A stretch of DNA of 41,284 nt from an uncultured delta proteobacterium (GCA_963804955.1 CAWDSQ010000028.1:1-41284), one strand, 5' to 3'. Counted from the stretch's first letter, positions 9,776-21,646 are shown. The notes: generated by a model from the sequence alone, not told the origin. Program-made: numbers and translations.

Positions 9776-12726
9776 ATGAGCAGATCCGAATTCAGCGTCA
9801 AAGCGCCATGGTTCCCCCTGCTGGCCTTCGGAGTCTTTGCCTCCTGCGTTTTTGCCGCCGGCTTTGTTTATTATCAATCCCAGGTCAGGGACATTCAGAT
9901 AAAAAATATTGAGATGCTTTCTGCCATTGCCGATCTGAAAATAATGCAGATCACACAGTGGCGGCAGGAGCATATCCATGATGTGCTGCTGCTGGCCAAT
10001 GACACCGATCTGGTTAAAAACGTGCGCGAAGCGCTCACCGCTCCGGGAAGCATTGACCTGAACAACGAAATACTGTCAGTGCTGCGGATGACGCGCAGGG
10101 TACACAGCCTTCTGAACATCATTATTTGCGACGCTGACGGGAACCAGCTGTTTGCAGCCCTGGCGGGCAGCTGGCCAGGGCCTGATCCGCAGACTGCGGC
10201 ACTGGCGCAAAAGGCGGGCCGCCCAACCTGGGGCGACCTGGTTCGCGATCCGGCATCCGGCCAGATATATCTTGATATTGTTGCGCCGCTGCCCTGCGTG
10301 CAGACGGGCGAAGCCGCTGCTGCGGCCGTGCTGGTAGTACGTATCGATCCGAACGAGTCCCTTTTTCCGCTTATAAAGTCCTGGCCCACAGCAAGCCAGT
10401 CCGCCGAAACCCTTCTGGTCCGCCGCGAAGGGCAGGAAATTGTCTACCTGAACGAGCTGCGGAACCTCAAAACCACCGCGTTTTTATTCCGGAGGCCGAT
10501 CTCTGAGAAAAACCTGCCCGCAGCCAGTGCCGTGCGCGGTGAGATGGATCAGTCACAAAGGCATAGACTACCGCGACACGGCAGTGATATATACGGCAAA
10601 AAAAGTGCCCGACACCCCATGGCTGATGGTTGCCAAAATCGATGAGGCGGAAATTTTGTCTCCGCTTCGCCGCCTTGTTCTGATTGCCGGCTGTATATAC
10701 TGGCTCATAATGACGGCTGTGGGTATATTGCTCTACAGGCATCTCGATCTCAGGAGAAACGTAGATGTTCGCCGGGAGCAGGATCTTGAAGCTGCGACCC
10801 GCGATCTGAACCTGCGGATAAAAGAGCTCAACTGCCTCTACGCCATTTCCTCGGTCGCCGAGCAGCACAGCGATGCACTGCCGGACATGCTGGCCGGCAT
10901 CGTTGATCTTCTTCCTCTTGCCTGGCAATATCCCGAAATCACCTGCGCGAAGATTACCGTCGAGGGAAAGCAGTATCCAACAAAGATCTGCCGGGAGACA
11001 GACTGTGGGCAGTCTGCCGATATCGTCGTCAAATCAAAGTCCATAGGCGTTATTGAAGTATTTTTTCTGGAGGAGCGGGCGGCATTGGCTAAAGGCCCGG
11101 GCCTGCCGCTGCAGAAGGATTTCATCAATGAGGTCGCCGAGCGGATTTCACACATTATTGAACGCATACAGGACCAGAAAAACCTGCAGGAAAACCTCTC
11201 CCGGCTCAACACGATCATGGCAAGCTCGCCTGTGGGCATCTACCTGGCTGATGAAAAAGGCGACTGCGTATTCGCCAACCAGAGGCTGTGCGATATGGCA
11301 GGCCTCACGCAGGATGAGGCCCTCGGCACAGGATGGCTGTCAGGCATCCACCCTGATGACCGCGACGCAGTCCGCGCCAACTGGAATACGGCTGTCGAGT
11401 CGCAGGGCTCATGGGGGCATGAATACCGCTTCATGAATAAAAGCGGCACGGTGACCTGGGTGTTTGGAACGGCTACGGCCATTTACGATGAAAAAGGTGG
11501 TACGCTGGGTTATGTGGGCATCAATACGGATATTACCACCCGCAGGCGGAGCGAGGCCTTTATAAAGCGCCTGAATGAGGATCTCGAGCAAAAGGTCATC
11601 GAGCGCACCGCGCAGCTGCAGCAGACGCTTGACAACCTGCGTGAAAGTGAAGAGCGCTACCGGACCGTTGCCGATTTTACCTGCGACTGGGAATTCTGGG
11701 TGAGCCCCGAGAAAAAATACCTGTTTATTTCGCCTTCTTTTGAAAGCATGACCGGCTATCCGGCACAGTCGCTCTATGAGGATTTCAAATTTCTTGAAAC
11801 TATTGTTCACCCCGACGACCGGGCCCTCATTATCCCCCATATGGAAGCAAACGAGCATACGCATGAAGCGCCCATCGATTTTCGCATACGTACCCGCGAC
11901 GGGAAGGAACTGTGGATTTCTCATTTGTGCCAGCAGGTTTTTGCCGACGACGGCAGGTTTCTCGGCATGCGGGGCAGCAACCGCGATATAACGGAGATGA
12001 AGCGCCTGCGGGATGAGGCAGTGCGGGATGCGCATCTGGCATCTATCGGCAGGCTTGCCGCAGGCATGGCCCACGAGATCAACAACCCCATCAGCGGCGT
12101 CATCAACTATGCCCAGCTCATCAGGACCAAGTGCACGCTCAATGAGAAATACACCGGGTATCTGGAAGAGCTGACTGCCGAAGCCGAGCGCGTCGCCGGA
12201 ATCGTCAAGGATCTGCTCATGTTCGCCCGGCCCCACAGCGGCGCTCCGGTCAGGGCAGACCTGATGGACATATACGCACAGACCTTCTCGCTGGTTGCCA
12301 AGCAGCTCGACAGTAACTCTGTCAGGGTCAAGGCAAGCTTCCCCCTTGATCTGCCTCCGGTGCTGGCGCGGCCTCAGCAGATCAAGCAGGTTATTTTGAA
12401 TTTTTTCACCAATGCGGTGTACGCGCTCAACAAAAAATTCCCCGATCCCGACCCCGGCAAGGTCATTGAGGTGGAGGCAGAGAGAGAAGGCTACGCTTGT
12501 GAGGCTCACTTTTCACGACCACGGCATCGGCATACCCGCCGACATGACCGCCCGGGTCTGCGACCCGTTTTTTTCAACCAAGCCGCCGGGAGAGGGCACA
12601 GGCCTGGGGCTCAGCATTTCGCATACAATAATTAAAGAGCATGGCGGCAGGCTGCGCATTGAAAGCAGGGAAGGCGACTATACCAAAGCTATCATGGAGC
12701 TTCCGGCAATGGAGAGCGGGCAATGA
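9776..12726 (+). CDS. Membrane sensor histidine kinase (periplasmic Cache-like domain, two PAS domains, HisKA, HATPase), two frameshifts
   Basis: Joined from ORFs 9623..10645, 10527..12635 and 12412..12726. Two TM segments, IHPDD and VHPDD PAS motifs, AGMAHEINNP H-box, QVILNFFTNA N-box, DHGIGI, PFFSTKPPGEGTGLGL. Confidence 0.9.
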
Positions 12727-14461
12727 GCAACAAGGGCAGCATTCTCATTATCGACGACGAAGAAAGCATACGGGTAACGGTGAGCGAATTCCTGGCCGAC
12801 GAAGGCTATGACGTCACAGCCGCCGACAGCTTCAGCACGGCCCTTGAGCTGCTTGACGCCGGCGTTTCGACCTGCTGTTTGTCGATATACTGCTGGGAAG
12901 CGCATCGGGCATTGCTGTTCTGCGGCATGTCGCGGAAAAAGGGTTGGGGTGCCTGGTCGTCATGATAACAGGCGAACCCAATATAGATACGGTGGCGGAT
13001 GCGCTGCGCCTTGGCGCTTTTGACTATATGGTCAAGCCTGTCAGGCAGGAGGCCATACTCCGCGTGGCAGGGCAGGCACTGCGCCACAAGCGGCTTCACG
13101 ACGAAAAGCAGGCACTGGAAAAGGAAAATGACCGGTACCGGCTGAACCTCGATGCAATTTTTAAAAGCGTGCGCGAGGCTATCATCACCATCGATACCCG
13201 GATGATCGTGATCAACGCTAACAGCGCCGTCGAGAAATTTTTTCCGGCCACGCCTCTTGAGATGTCGGGCAGACACCTGTATGCCTTTGCCAGCGAGTCA
13301 CAGAAGGCATGCCTCTCGATTATGGAAACAACGCTCACCACGCAGGAACCCTTTGACGAGTATGCCGTGGAGTGGATCAGCGGCAAGGATGGCCCGGAAA
13401 CGGTCATTTTAAACTGCGCGCCTTTTTTTGACCACACCGGCGCATTTGCGGGGGCTGTGCTGACCATCCGGCAGCTGCCGAACATGAAGCAGGTCGCACG
13501 GCTGCGCGAGAGCCGGAGCGGCTTTGATAGAATCATCGGCAGAAGCAAAAAAATGCAGGCTCTCTACAGCCTGCTTGAAGCCCTTGCCAGCACTGACACG
13601 ACCGTGCTGATCTCCGGCGAAAGCGGCTCAGGCAAAGAGCTTGTGGCCGAAGCACTGCATAATATAGGCGGCCGCAGCGGCAAGCCTCTGGTCAAGGTCA
13701 ATTGTTCTGCCCTGTCCGAGCACCTGCTTGAAAGCGAGCTGTTCGGGCATGTAAAAGGCGCGTTTACCGGCGCCATTAAAGACACATTCGGCCGTTTCCA
13801 GATGGCCGACGGCGGAACTATTTTCCTTGATGAAATCGCCGATATAGCCCCGGCGATACAGCTCAAACTGCTGCGTGTGCTGCAGGAAAAGCAGTTTGAA
13901 CGCGTGGGCGATGCGGCGCCCGTAAGCGTCGATGTGCGCATTATAGCCGCCACCAACCAGCGGCTCTATGAAAAAATGGCGGCTGGTTCCTTCCGCGAAG
14001 ACCTCTATTACCGGATCAAGGTGGTTGAGGTTATGCTTCCGCCGCTGCGCGAGCGCTCGGAAGACATACCCCTGTTCATCGATCATTTCATCGGACTTTT
14101 TAACAGCAAATTCAGCAGGGCGATCAGGGGTGTTTCACAGGATGTACTGGAATGCTTCATGACATACCGCTGGCCGGGCAATGTGCGGGAACTGCAGCAT
14201 GCAATAGAGCATGCTTTCGTCACATGCACAACACACATCATCGCATCCGAACATCTGCCGGCAGAGCTGCTGCATCCGGAGCAGAACAAGCTGCCATGGG
14301 AAAACATCCGGCAGGGCGCCCTTTCAAAAGATGCGATCATCTCGACACTGAAAAGCACCGACTGGAATGTCGCCAAGGCCGCCCGCCTGCTTAATCTGAG
14401 CCGCCAGCATCTCTATAAAAAAATGAAAAAATTCAGCATCGAGATCATGAGACAGAGTTGA
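12723..14461 (+). CDS. Sigma-54-dependent NtrC-family response regulator (REC-PAS-AAA+-HTH), one frameshift in REC
   Basis: ILIIDDE receiver start, GESGSGKELVA Walker A, ESELFGHVKGAFTGA, FLDEI, FREDLYYRI, WPGNVREL and a C-terminal Fis-type HTH. ATGA overlap with the kinase. Confidence 0.92.
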
Positions 14462-14513
14462 TTGTGAGCAGCCTGTGTATGAAATTAGTGCCTGAACAAA
14501 AAATCTTTTTTTT

Positions 14514-14616
14514 GCAGGTTGTGTTAAGCCCGAAAAAACCGTTGGGTTTCGCACCTCAACCCAACACGCAAAACAAATGCTTGCGAAGAAGAATAGACAT
14601 AAGGGCGAACCCAACA
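14514..14616. repeat. Degenerate REP-like palindromes (GTTGGGTTTCG...AACCCAAC type)
   Basis: GTTGGGTTTCGCACCTCAACCCAAC hairpin at 14541-14565 and a second GCGAACCCAAC arm near 14605. Confidence 0.5.
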
Positions 14617-14800
14617 CATGCATGGTACCGGGTTTTCGTTCAGCCACAAATTACCTTGACGCAGTACGCATTGATCTTTATATTTAAATAAAGCTGTTTT
14701 CCGTCAAAGCATCCGATGTAAAGCAGTGCTCTCTGTCTGTCGTATCGAATAAAAAATATCAATGACAATCAACACGCCTGTCCCTGGAAGGAGAGCGGCA

Positions 14801-15367
14801 ATGAAAAGAAGTCTGTCCTTAATGATTTTTCTGTCAATGGTAATGCTGTCGAGCCATGGGCTCGCAGCTGAAAAAAAATACCAGAGGACAGTAGAAAAGT
14901 ACACCGTGCCCGATGTCGTTCTGGTAAACCAGGACGGCAAAAAAATACCCTTCAAAAGCTTTCTTGAAACGGACAAGCCGGTGATGGTCGAATTCATCTA
15001 CGCCACCTGCACGACGATCTGCCCGGTTCTTTCGGCCGGCTTTGCCAATCTGCAGCGCAAGCTGGGGCCCGATGCAGCAGCGGTTCGCCTTGTCTCCATC
15101 TCCATCGATCCTGAAAACGACTCGCCGCCGATAATGAAGGATTACCTGAAAAAGTACGGCGCAGGCCCGGGGTGGGACTTTCTCTCCGGGTCACGTATCG
15201 ATATCGATACGGTGATGCGGGCCTTTGATGCCTATGTATCCAACAAGATGTATCATCTGCCCCTGACCCTGATCCGCTCGCCTGCCGACGGCTCATGGAT
15301 GCGCATCAACGGGCTCATGGGCGCTGCGGACCTGCAGGATGAGCTTGCGCAGATTACTAAAAAATAG
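14801..15367 (+). CDS. SCO1/SenC-family copper chaperone
   Basis: Signal peptide, LVNQDG, FIYATCTTICP (CxxxC), SISIDPENDSP, GWDFLSG and the conserved His in MYHLP. Confidence 0.92.
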   Translation: MKRSLSLMIFLSMVMLSSHGLAAEKKYQRTVEKYTVPDVVLVNQDGKKIPFKSFLETDKPVMVEFIYATCTTICPVLSAGFANLQRKLGPDAAAVRLVSISIDPENDSPPIMKDYLKKYGAGPGWDFLSGSRIDIDTVMRAFDAYVSNKMYHLPLTLIRSPADGSWMRINGLMGAADLQDELAQITKK

Positions 15368-15413
15368 ACCTGCCACATGTGGCATTCTTCTGGAATGTGA
15401 ATCAAATATTTTT

Positions 15414-15473
15414 GTAAGGGGCAGATCTGCGTGTCTGCCCATCAAAAGGGCGCACACACAGGTGCGCCCCTAC
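15414..15473. repeat. GTAG-type REP doublet
   Basis: GTAAGGGGCAGATCTGCGTGTCTGCCC and GGGCGCACACACAGGTGCGCCCCTAC, two hairpins in inverted arrangement. Confidence 0.75.
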
Positions 15474-15540
15474 CGCATGACGGCAATAGGGATTCTCTGG
15501 TGTGGTAAGAACAACTATCAACGAGGCAGATAGCACATGA

Positions 15541-17290
15541 GTGCTGCGCAGACGAGACAACAACAGATTACGAATACTCCCCGCCCTGCTCAGCAGCGCC
15601 GCTGCTGTGGCCTTTTTTTTCTGTGCTGCCGCTTGTGCCGCAGAAAATCCGCAGTCCGCAGTGGCAGGCCTGTCACCGGAAAAAGCCCTGCAGCTTGGTG
15701 AGCGGATGTACCGCGAAGGCCTGCTGCCCTCGGACAAGCCGCTCCCGGCCCTTGTGCAGGGAGATATTCCCGTTGAAGGAACCGCCTTTACCTGCGTCAG
15801 CTGCCACGGGCGCAGCGGCCTCGGGTTCTCGGAGGGGGGCGTGATAACACTGCCGACCAATGGCGAACTGCTGTACAGGCCTTTCAATGAAGTGCGGCGG
15901 TTTATCAGACCCAGCGTAGGAAAAGTTTCCTACTTCAAAGCCCCGCAGCTGCAGGCCCCTCCCCGGCCCGCCTACACCGATGCCGCTCTTGCCACGGTTA
16001 TGCGAACAGGGGTTGACCCTGCGGGAAGATCGCTTGATTATATCATGCCCCGTTACGTGCTCAGCGATCGGGATATGGAAATTCTCGTCTTCTACCTCAA
16101 AAACCTCAGCTCGACACCCTCCCCGGGCGTAACCGATACGACCATTGCCTTCGCAACGGTCATTACCGAAGAGGTAAGCCAGAAGGACCGGCAGGAAATG
16201 CTGTCCGTCCTGAATGCCATCGTGATCGCCCGCAACAATGATGCAACATCGAAGATACACATGCAGACATCACGCTGGGCCGGCTTTCTGGAGGAGCTGG
16301 AGAAGTCCCGCCGTAAAATGTCGCTGGCGATCTGGGAGCTGAAAGGCCCCCGGGAAACCTGGCGCGGCCAGCTTGAACAGTATTACCGCAAAAAGCCGGT
16401 ATTCGCCCTGCTGGGAGGGATAACAACCGGGGAGTGGAAGCCTGTTCATGAATTCTGCGAGACCCACAAGATTCCCTGCATCTTCCCGATCACCGACTTC
16501 CCCGTCATTTCCACAACGGACTGGTACACGCAGTATTTCTCCAAAGGGTATTATCAGGAGGGCGAAGCCGCAGCCCGCTTTCTCGGTAGCATGGCGGAGC
16601 TTGCCCCGGAGAAGCCTCTTGTTCAGCTCTATCAGGATACACCAGAGGGCCGCGCCCTTGCTGAGGGGTTCCGTGCAACATGGAAGGGCCTTGGCCGCAG
16701 CCTGCGTGTGGACGCAGCTCTTTCGCCAAAAGGGGGGCTCGATAAGGAGTACCTTCGGAAGGTTCTTGCACAAGAGAAGCACGCCATCCTGCTGCTTTGG
16801 GCAGGGCCTGAGGCATATGCCTCCCTGGAAGCCGTGGCCTCAGATTCGAACAAGCCCGAGATGGTCTATCTGTCATCAAGCATAATGAAAGAAGCCTTCC
16901 TCGCAGTGCCTGAAACCATCAGGGCTTCACCTATATCACCTATCCCTACCGGCTTGGCCTTGGAAGCAACACCGGGCAAAGATCTGGGCAAAGGGGGGAT
17001 GATGGTGCCCAAGGACGCTCCCCTGCCCGTGGCCGGCCGCATTGCGGCGCAGAAGATGGCCGCTTTCCAGTCCCTGTTGCCTGAGATATTCATGATGATG
17101 ATGATCAAATTTCTACCGCGACTATATGCTGGACATTATCGGTATGATGGCCGATATGCAGGACTCGCCCTATGAGTGGCTCAGCTTCGGCCCCGGGCAG
17201 CGCTATGCCTCAAAGGGCTGCTATATTGTTCAGCTGACACCCGGGCCCAATCCGTCGGTAGTCAAAAAAAGCGGCTGGGTGACGCATTGA
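15541..17290 (+). CDS. Exported monoheme cytochrome c fused to a type-1 periplasmic binding protein-like domain (start uncertain, frameshifts near the 3' end)
   Basis: Signal peptide, LGERMYREG, CVSCH heme motif, MPRY (candidate axial Met), PVFALLGG and IPCIFP. The C-terminus YEWLSFGPGQRYASKGCYIVQL...WVTH* reads in another frame to TGA 17290. Confidence 0.8.
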
Positions 17291-17408
17291 TGAGCGCGGC
17301 ACGACTGCTCTAGCGAGATGCGCAAGATTGGCAGGCAGCAGATTTCGTTGACTGCGGTTATGGATTCATACCGAGGTCTGTGTAGTATTTATGTGCAATG
17401 GTAGATCC

Positions 17409-17497
17409 CTATTGTCATTTCGACCGCAGTGAGAGATCTTGACACCTTCACTGTATACGAGTAGGCGCTCAAAATCTCCCGTGGTCGAGAACAATAG
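17409..17497. repeat. Degenerate GTCATTTCGACC...GAGAGATCT palindromic element
   Basis: CTATTGTCATTTCGACCGC pairs with GTGGTCGAGAACAATAG. Same family as the inner arms at 941-965 and 18229-18254. Confidence 0.65.
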
Positions 17498-17557
17498 CCA
17501 ACTGGCTAGAGTACATAACCATGTTCTACTCATGAACATAAAAGCAAAAGGTGACTC

Positions 17558-18032
17558 ATGAGAAACAACAGCAGCCTTTATCGTCTCGCTCTTTCTTGTA
17601 TGCGCCGCGGCTGCCTATGCCGTTGATGCGGCGCCTGCCCCCGGGGCAAAAGACAAATGCCCGGTCTGCGGCATGTTCGTCGCACCGTATCCTGCCTGGA
17701 CCGGAGTGATCGTATTGAATGATGGCACTGCTCTTTTTTTCGACGGCCCCAAAGATCTCTTCACGTATTGCAATAATGTGGCCGCATACAGCCCCGGGCG
17801 CAGCCGCTCAGACATCACTGCCGTTTGGGTAAATGATTACTATTCTCTCAGCGCCATCGACGGGATGAAGGCATTGTATGTAATCGGCAGCGACGTACTC
17901 GGGCCCATGGGCAGGGAGCTTGTGCCGTTCATGAAGGAGTCCGACGCCGCCACATTTCTCAAAGATCATAAAGGGAACAAGATACTGCGGTTTGGCGACA
18001 TAACGCCGCAGGTTTTGAAATCCCTTGAATAG
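17558..18032 (+). CDS. NosL-family exported protein, copy C (frameshift in the first codons)
   Basis: Signal-like AAFIVSLFLVCAAAAYA, then KDKCPVCGMFVAPYPAW...FFDGPKDL...WVNDYY...YVIGSDVLGPMGRELVPF...FLKDHKG. Confidence 0.88.
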
Positions 18033-18073
18033 ACGCTGCGATAGCAGGTCTTCACATTAAAACTATTTTATTG

Positions 18074-18307
18074 CAGGCACCCTCCCCTTCATCCCCTCCC
18101 AACAAGGGAGGGGAGAAGAGCAGGCTCCCTCTCCCCTTGGAGGCTGTGTCGCAAATGATTTATTAATGTCATTTCGAATCCGCCGCAGGCGGTGATAAAT
18201 CTTAAGCCTTTGATTTTACTTACTACAAAGATCTCTCCCTGCGGTCGACATGACAGTAAAGTTAATTGCGACACAGCCTCTTGTGGGAAAGGGTTGGGGC
18301 GAGGGGG
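18074..18307. repeat. Composite palindromic repeat, copy 2 (141-bp insert inverted relative to copy 1)
   Basis: The outer element is collinear with 847-1082. The insert 18140-18280 has perfect 15-bp TIRs GAGGCTGTGTCGCAA / TTGCGACACAGCCTC flanked by TTG. Inner 18168-18254 matches the reverse complement of 941-1027. Confidence 0.85.
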
Positions 18308-18376
18308 CCTAAAAAATCAAATGTGAAGGCATACTAATCCCGCCAAAAAAATATTTTGGCACAGATGTAACCGGCC

Positions 18377-18673
18377 ATGCGCAAGTCTGATGTTTTCATA
18401 CTCATCACCTGCCTTAACCTGGCGCTGCTGCTGCTGCTGGCAGTTCATGCCAGTCGGGGTGAGAAGGCTGCAGCAGCCTCTATTGCCGTCAGCGCCGGGC
18501 TTGTCAAAGAGTTCCGGCTTACCGACCTGTGCCTTTTCACCGAAGCCCGCTATACACGGCATCCCTCAATGGCCGACTTGCACGCACCTTTCCAGGATCA
18601 CCCCGGCGCTCTGGATCACTTTCCTTCAGGATCGCTGGTGAGCCCTCCCCGTTTCTTGCGCGAGGGCCTATGA
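18377..18673 (+). CDS. Small membrane-anchored His-containing hypothetical protein, first gene of the ABC operon
   Basis: N-terminal TM helix, LTDLCLFTEARYTRHPSMADLHAPFQDHPGALDHFPSGS. ATGA overlap with the permease. Confidence 0.75.
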   Translation: MRKSDVFILITCLNLALLLLLAVHASRGEKAAAASIAVSAGLVKEFRLTDLCLFTEARYTRHPSMADLHAPFQDHPGALDHFPSGSLVSPPRFLREGL

Positions 18674-19803
18674 GCAACCAGCTGGCGCGGCACCGGAATA
18701 TAATCGACTTCGCCCTGTCATCGCTGCTGCGGCGTAAAGCGAAGAACCTCTCCCTGCTGGCCGTGTACACCCTCATTGTGATTGCCATCGCCTCGGCCAT
18801 GCTCTTCATTGCCGCCTTGAAAAGGCAGGCTGCCGCCGTGCTCAAGGATGCGCCCGACATGATGGTGCAGAAAATGGTTGCAGGACGGCATGACCTGATG
18901 CCGGTCAGCCGGGGAGAAGCGATAGGCGGCATCACGGGCGTGCGCAGCGTCACCCCGCGGCTGTGGGGCTATTATTATGACGCGGTGAGCGGCGCCAACT
19001 TTACTCTGACTGTACCCGGGGCCCGGCAGCCTGAGCCCGGGTTTATCTACATCGGCAGCGCTGTGGCCCGGCTCACGCGCTTTGCCGAAGGGGATATCAT
19101 GCCGCTCCGAACCTACCGGGACAAGCCTCTGCTGCTGCACGTGGAGCGGGTGCTGCAGGCTGAAGCTGAACTGGTGGCAGCCGATCTGATCGTCGTATCG
19201 GAGAATGATTTCCGGGAGCTGTTCAGCTTTCCTGAAGGCTTTGCCACTGATCTGGCTGTGTCAGCGGGCAATCCCGGGGAGCTTGCAACCATCGCAGCAA
19301 AAATTGTCAAGCTGTTTCCCGACACCCGGCCGATTCTGAAAAGCGAAATACTGCGCACCTATGATTCCATCTTTGACTGGCGGGGCGGCATGATGGTGGT
19401 CATGGTCGCCACAGCAGTGCTTGCCTTCATCATCTTTGCCTGGGACAAAGCTTCAGGCCTCTCCGCCGAAGAGCGGCGCGAGATCGGCATCCTCAAGTCC
19501 ATCGGCTGGGAAACATCGGATGTGCTCCTTCTGAAATTCTGGGAAGGCGCCATCATCTCCCTGACCGCCTTCCTGTGCGGGGTAATCCTGGCCTACTGCC
19601 ATGTATTTTTCTTCTCGGCATCGCTGTTTGAACATGCCCTGAAAGGCTGGGCCGTGCTCTATCCCCAGTTCAAACTGGCGCCGGTTATACATGCCTATCA
19701 GCTGGCAGTACTCTTCTTCCTCACGGTGATCCCCTACACGGCGGCCACCATCATCCCTTCCTGGCGGTCGGCAACGGTTGACCCCGACTCTTCCATGAGG
19801 TGA
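18670..19803 (+). CDS. ABC transporter permease, MacB/FtsX/LolE-like
   Basis: One N-terminal TM, a large periplasmic region and three C-terminal TMs. ERREIGILKSIGW motif. Start ATG 18670. Confidence 0.88.
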   Translation: MSNQLARHRNIIDFALSSLLRRKAKNLSLLAVYTLIVIAIASAMLFIAALKRQAAAVLKDAPDMMVQKMVAGRHDLMPVSRGEAIGGITGVRSVTPRLWGYYYDAVSGANFTLTVPGARQPEPGFIYIGSAVARLTRFAEGDIMPLRTYRDKPLLLHVERVLQAEAELVAADLIVVSENDFRELFSFPEGFATDLAVSAGNPGELATIAAKIVKLFPDTRPILKSEILRTYDSIFDWRGGMMVVMVATAVLAFIIFAWDKASGLSAEERREIGILKSIGWETSDVLLLKFWEGAIISLTAFLCGVILAYCHVFFFSASLFEHALKGWAVLYPQFKLAPVIHAYQLAVLFFLTVIPYTAATIIPSWRSATVDPDSSMR

Positions 19804-20537
19804 CGGGCATGATAGAACTCTGCTTCATAACCAAGAGCTTTGCCGTCGGCCTGCCCTACCAGTTCACCGCTGTGCGCGATGTGAGCCTGATCATCGAGCA
19901 GGGGCAGGTCGTGGTTTTCAAGGGGCCGAGCGGTTCAGGCAAGACCACCCTGCTGACCCTGATCGGGTGCATGTCCCGCCCCACATCGGGCCGGATCATG
20001 CTCAGAGGACTTCCTCATCCGGGCCTGCCCGGCTCAGCGGAATCGGCAGAGGTTGAGATCACTAGCCTGCCGGAGCGGTTTCTCACAGCAATCCGCCGCG
20101 CAACCTTCGGCTTCATCTTCCAGCATTTCAACCTCGTGCGGGGCATCACCGTACTGGAAAATGTCATGCTCCCGGCCTACCCCACCGGCGAGCCCTATGA
20201 ATCGCTGCGCAGCCGGGCGCTGCAGCTGCTTGAGCTCTTTTCCATCTCCCGCCATGCCGCCACACCGGTCGACAGGCTGTCCGGAGGCGAAACCCAGCGG
20301 GTTGCCATCGCCCGCGCCCTTATCAATAATCCCAAAATCATTATCGCCGATGAGCCGACAGCTCACCTTGATTCAAACCTTTCAGCCGAATTCATGGAAA
20401 TACTCAGCACGTTCCGCTCCCAGGGAAAAACCGTGCTGATCGCAAGCCACGATCCCCTGGTCTATGAATCCTGCATTCCCGACATGGTTGTCCAGATGCG
20501 CGACGGCGCCGTCACCGGCATCACGAGGGCGCAATGA
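19800..20537 (+). CDS. ABC transporter ATP-binding protein, LolD/MacB-like
   Basis: GPSGSGKTT, FGFIFQHFNL, LSGGETQRVAIARAL, IIADEPTAHLD and ASHD motifs. Confidence 0.93.
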   Translation: MTGMIELCFITKSFAVGLPYQFTAVRDVSLIIEQGQVVVFKGPSGSGKTTLLTLIGCMSRPTSGRIMLRGLPHPGLPGSAESAEVEITSLPERFLTAIRRATFGFIFQHFNLVRGITVLENVMLPAYPTGEPYESLRSRALQLLELFSISRHAATPVDRLSGGETQRVAIARALINNPKIIIADEPTAHLDSNLSAEFMEILSTFRSQGKTVLIASHDPLVYESCIPDMVVQMRDGAVTGITRAQ

Positions 20538-21530
20538 TTCTGCAGCCGGCAGCCCTGGCACTCATCGTTGCCAGCCCTGCTGACAGGCTTCATGGTTTGC
20601 TATGCCGGCTGGTACGGGCTGCAGATTCTTTTGCGCTGGGACATGCGCAGCGGCAGCGAGCTTCAACTGAGCCTTGAGCGGCGCACCTACCTGATATCGG
20701 CCATCGTGAACTTTGCCCTTGCCTGCCAGCTGCTCTCCCTGCTGCTCTTCATCCACACAGCCGACGACCTCCACAGCCTTTTCACCGGGGCCATGTGCGC
20801 TGCAGGCACGCTCCATGTCAACGGCTATGGCTATCCCTCACTGGCGCTGAAGGTGGTCAATTCACTTCTTGCCGGGCTCTGGCTCATCATCAACTATGCC
20901 GACACCAGGGGGTATGACTACCCCCTCATCAGGGTGAAATACGGCCTGCTGCTTGCCATGGTTCCGCTGCTGCTCCTTGAAAGCTTTTTTCTCATTGCCT
21001 ATTTTTCAGGGCTCCATGCCGACATTATCACCTCGTGCTGCGGCAGCCTTTTCAGCCTCGACCGGCCGGGCATCGGCAGCGACCTGGCAGGCCTTCCGGG
21101 CCGCGCCATGGCAATTGCCTTCTACTGCAGCATATCAGCAACCGCCGCCTGCGGAATCATATTTTTAGGCAGAGGCCGCGGAGGCTATCTGTTTGCGGCA
21201 CTGAGCAGCACGAGTTTCATTATTGCCATTGCCGCGCTGGTGTCGTTCTTCAGCCTCTACTTTTATGAATTGCCGACGCATCACTGCCCGTTCTGCATTC
21301 TCCAGAGCCAGTACGGCTATGTAGGATATCTGCTCTACGGCTGCCTGCTTGGCGGCACGGTGGCAGGGTTGGGGGTTGGGGCTCTTATGCCGCTGCGAAG
21401 CCGGGGCAGCATGGCAGCGGTCATACCTCACCTGCAGCGCCGGCTTACGGTAGCGGTGCTCGTGCTTTATGGCATCTTTTCCCTGGTCGTATCCTGGCGT
21501 CTGTTATTCTCTTCCTTCAGGCTTGTCTGA
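20534..21530 (+). CDS. Polytopic membrane protein with Cys/His motifs (frameshift in the first TM)
   Basis: ATG 20534 overlaps the ATPase stop (MILQPAALALIVAS...). About 9 hydrophobic segments. Motifs GAMCAAG, TSCCGSLF and YELPTHHCPFC. Confidence 0.8.
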
Positions 21531-21646
21531 TGCGTCACATATGCCTGATGACCAGCCGTACAGAGCACGTGCCTACTGCTTTTACTATTTTCATTCCGCT
21601 AGGGTAGTATCTTTATTTTGCAGCCGCATACCAGAGGAAAGGCAAG

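Noticed and set aside
8352..21530. Nitrous oxide reductase (nos) operon
   Set aside because: NosL-like genes are present, but there is no nosZ, nosD or nosR. The ABC pair is MacB/FtsX-like, not NosFY-like.
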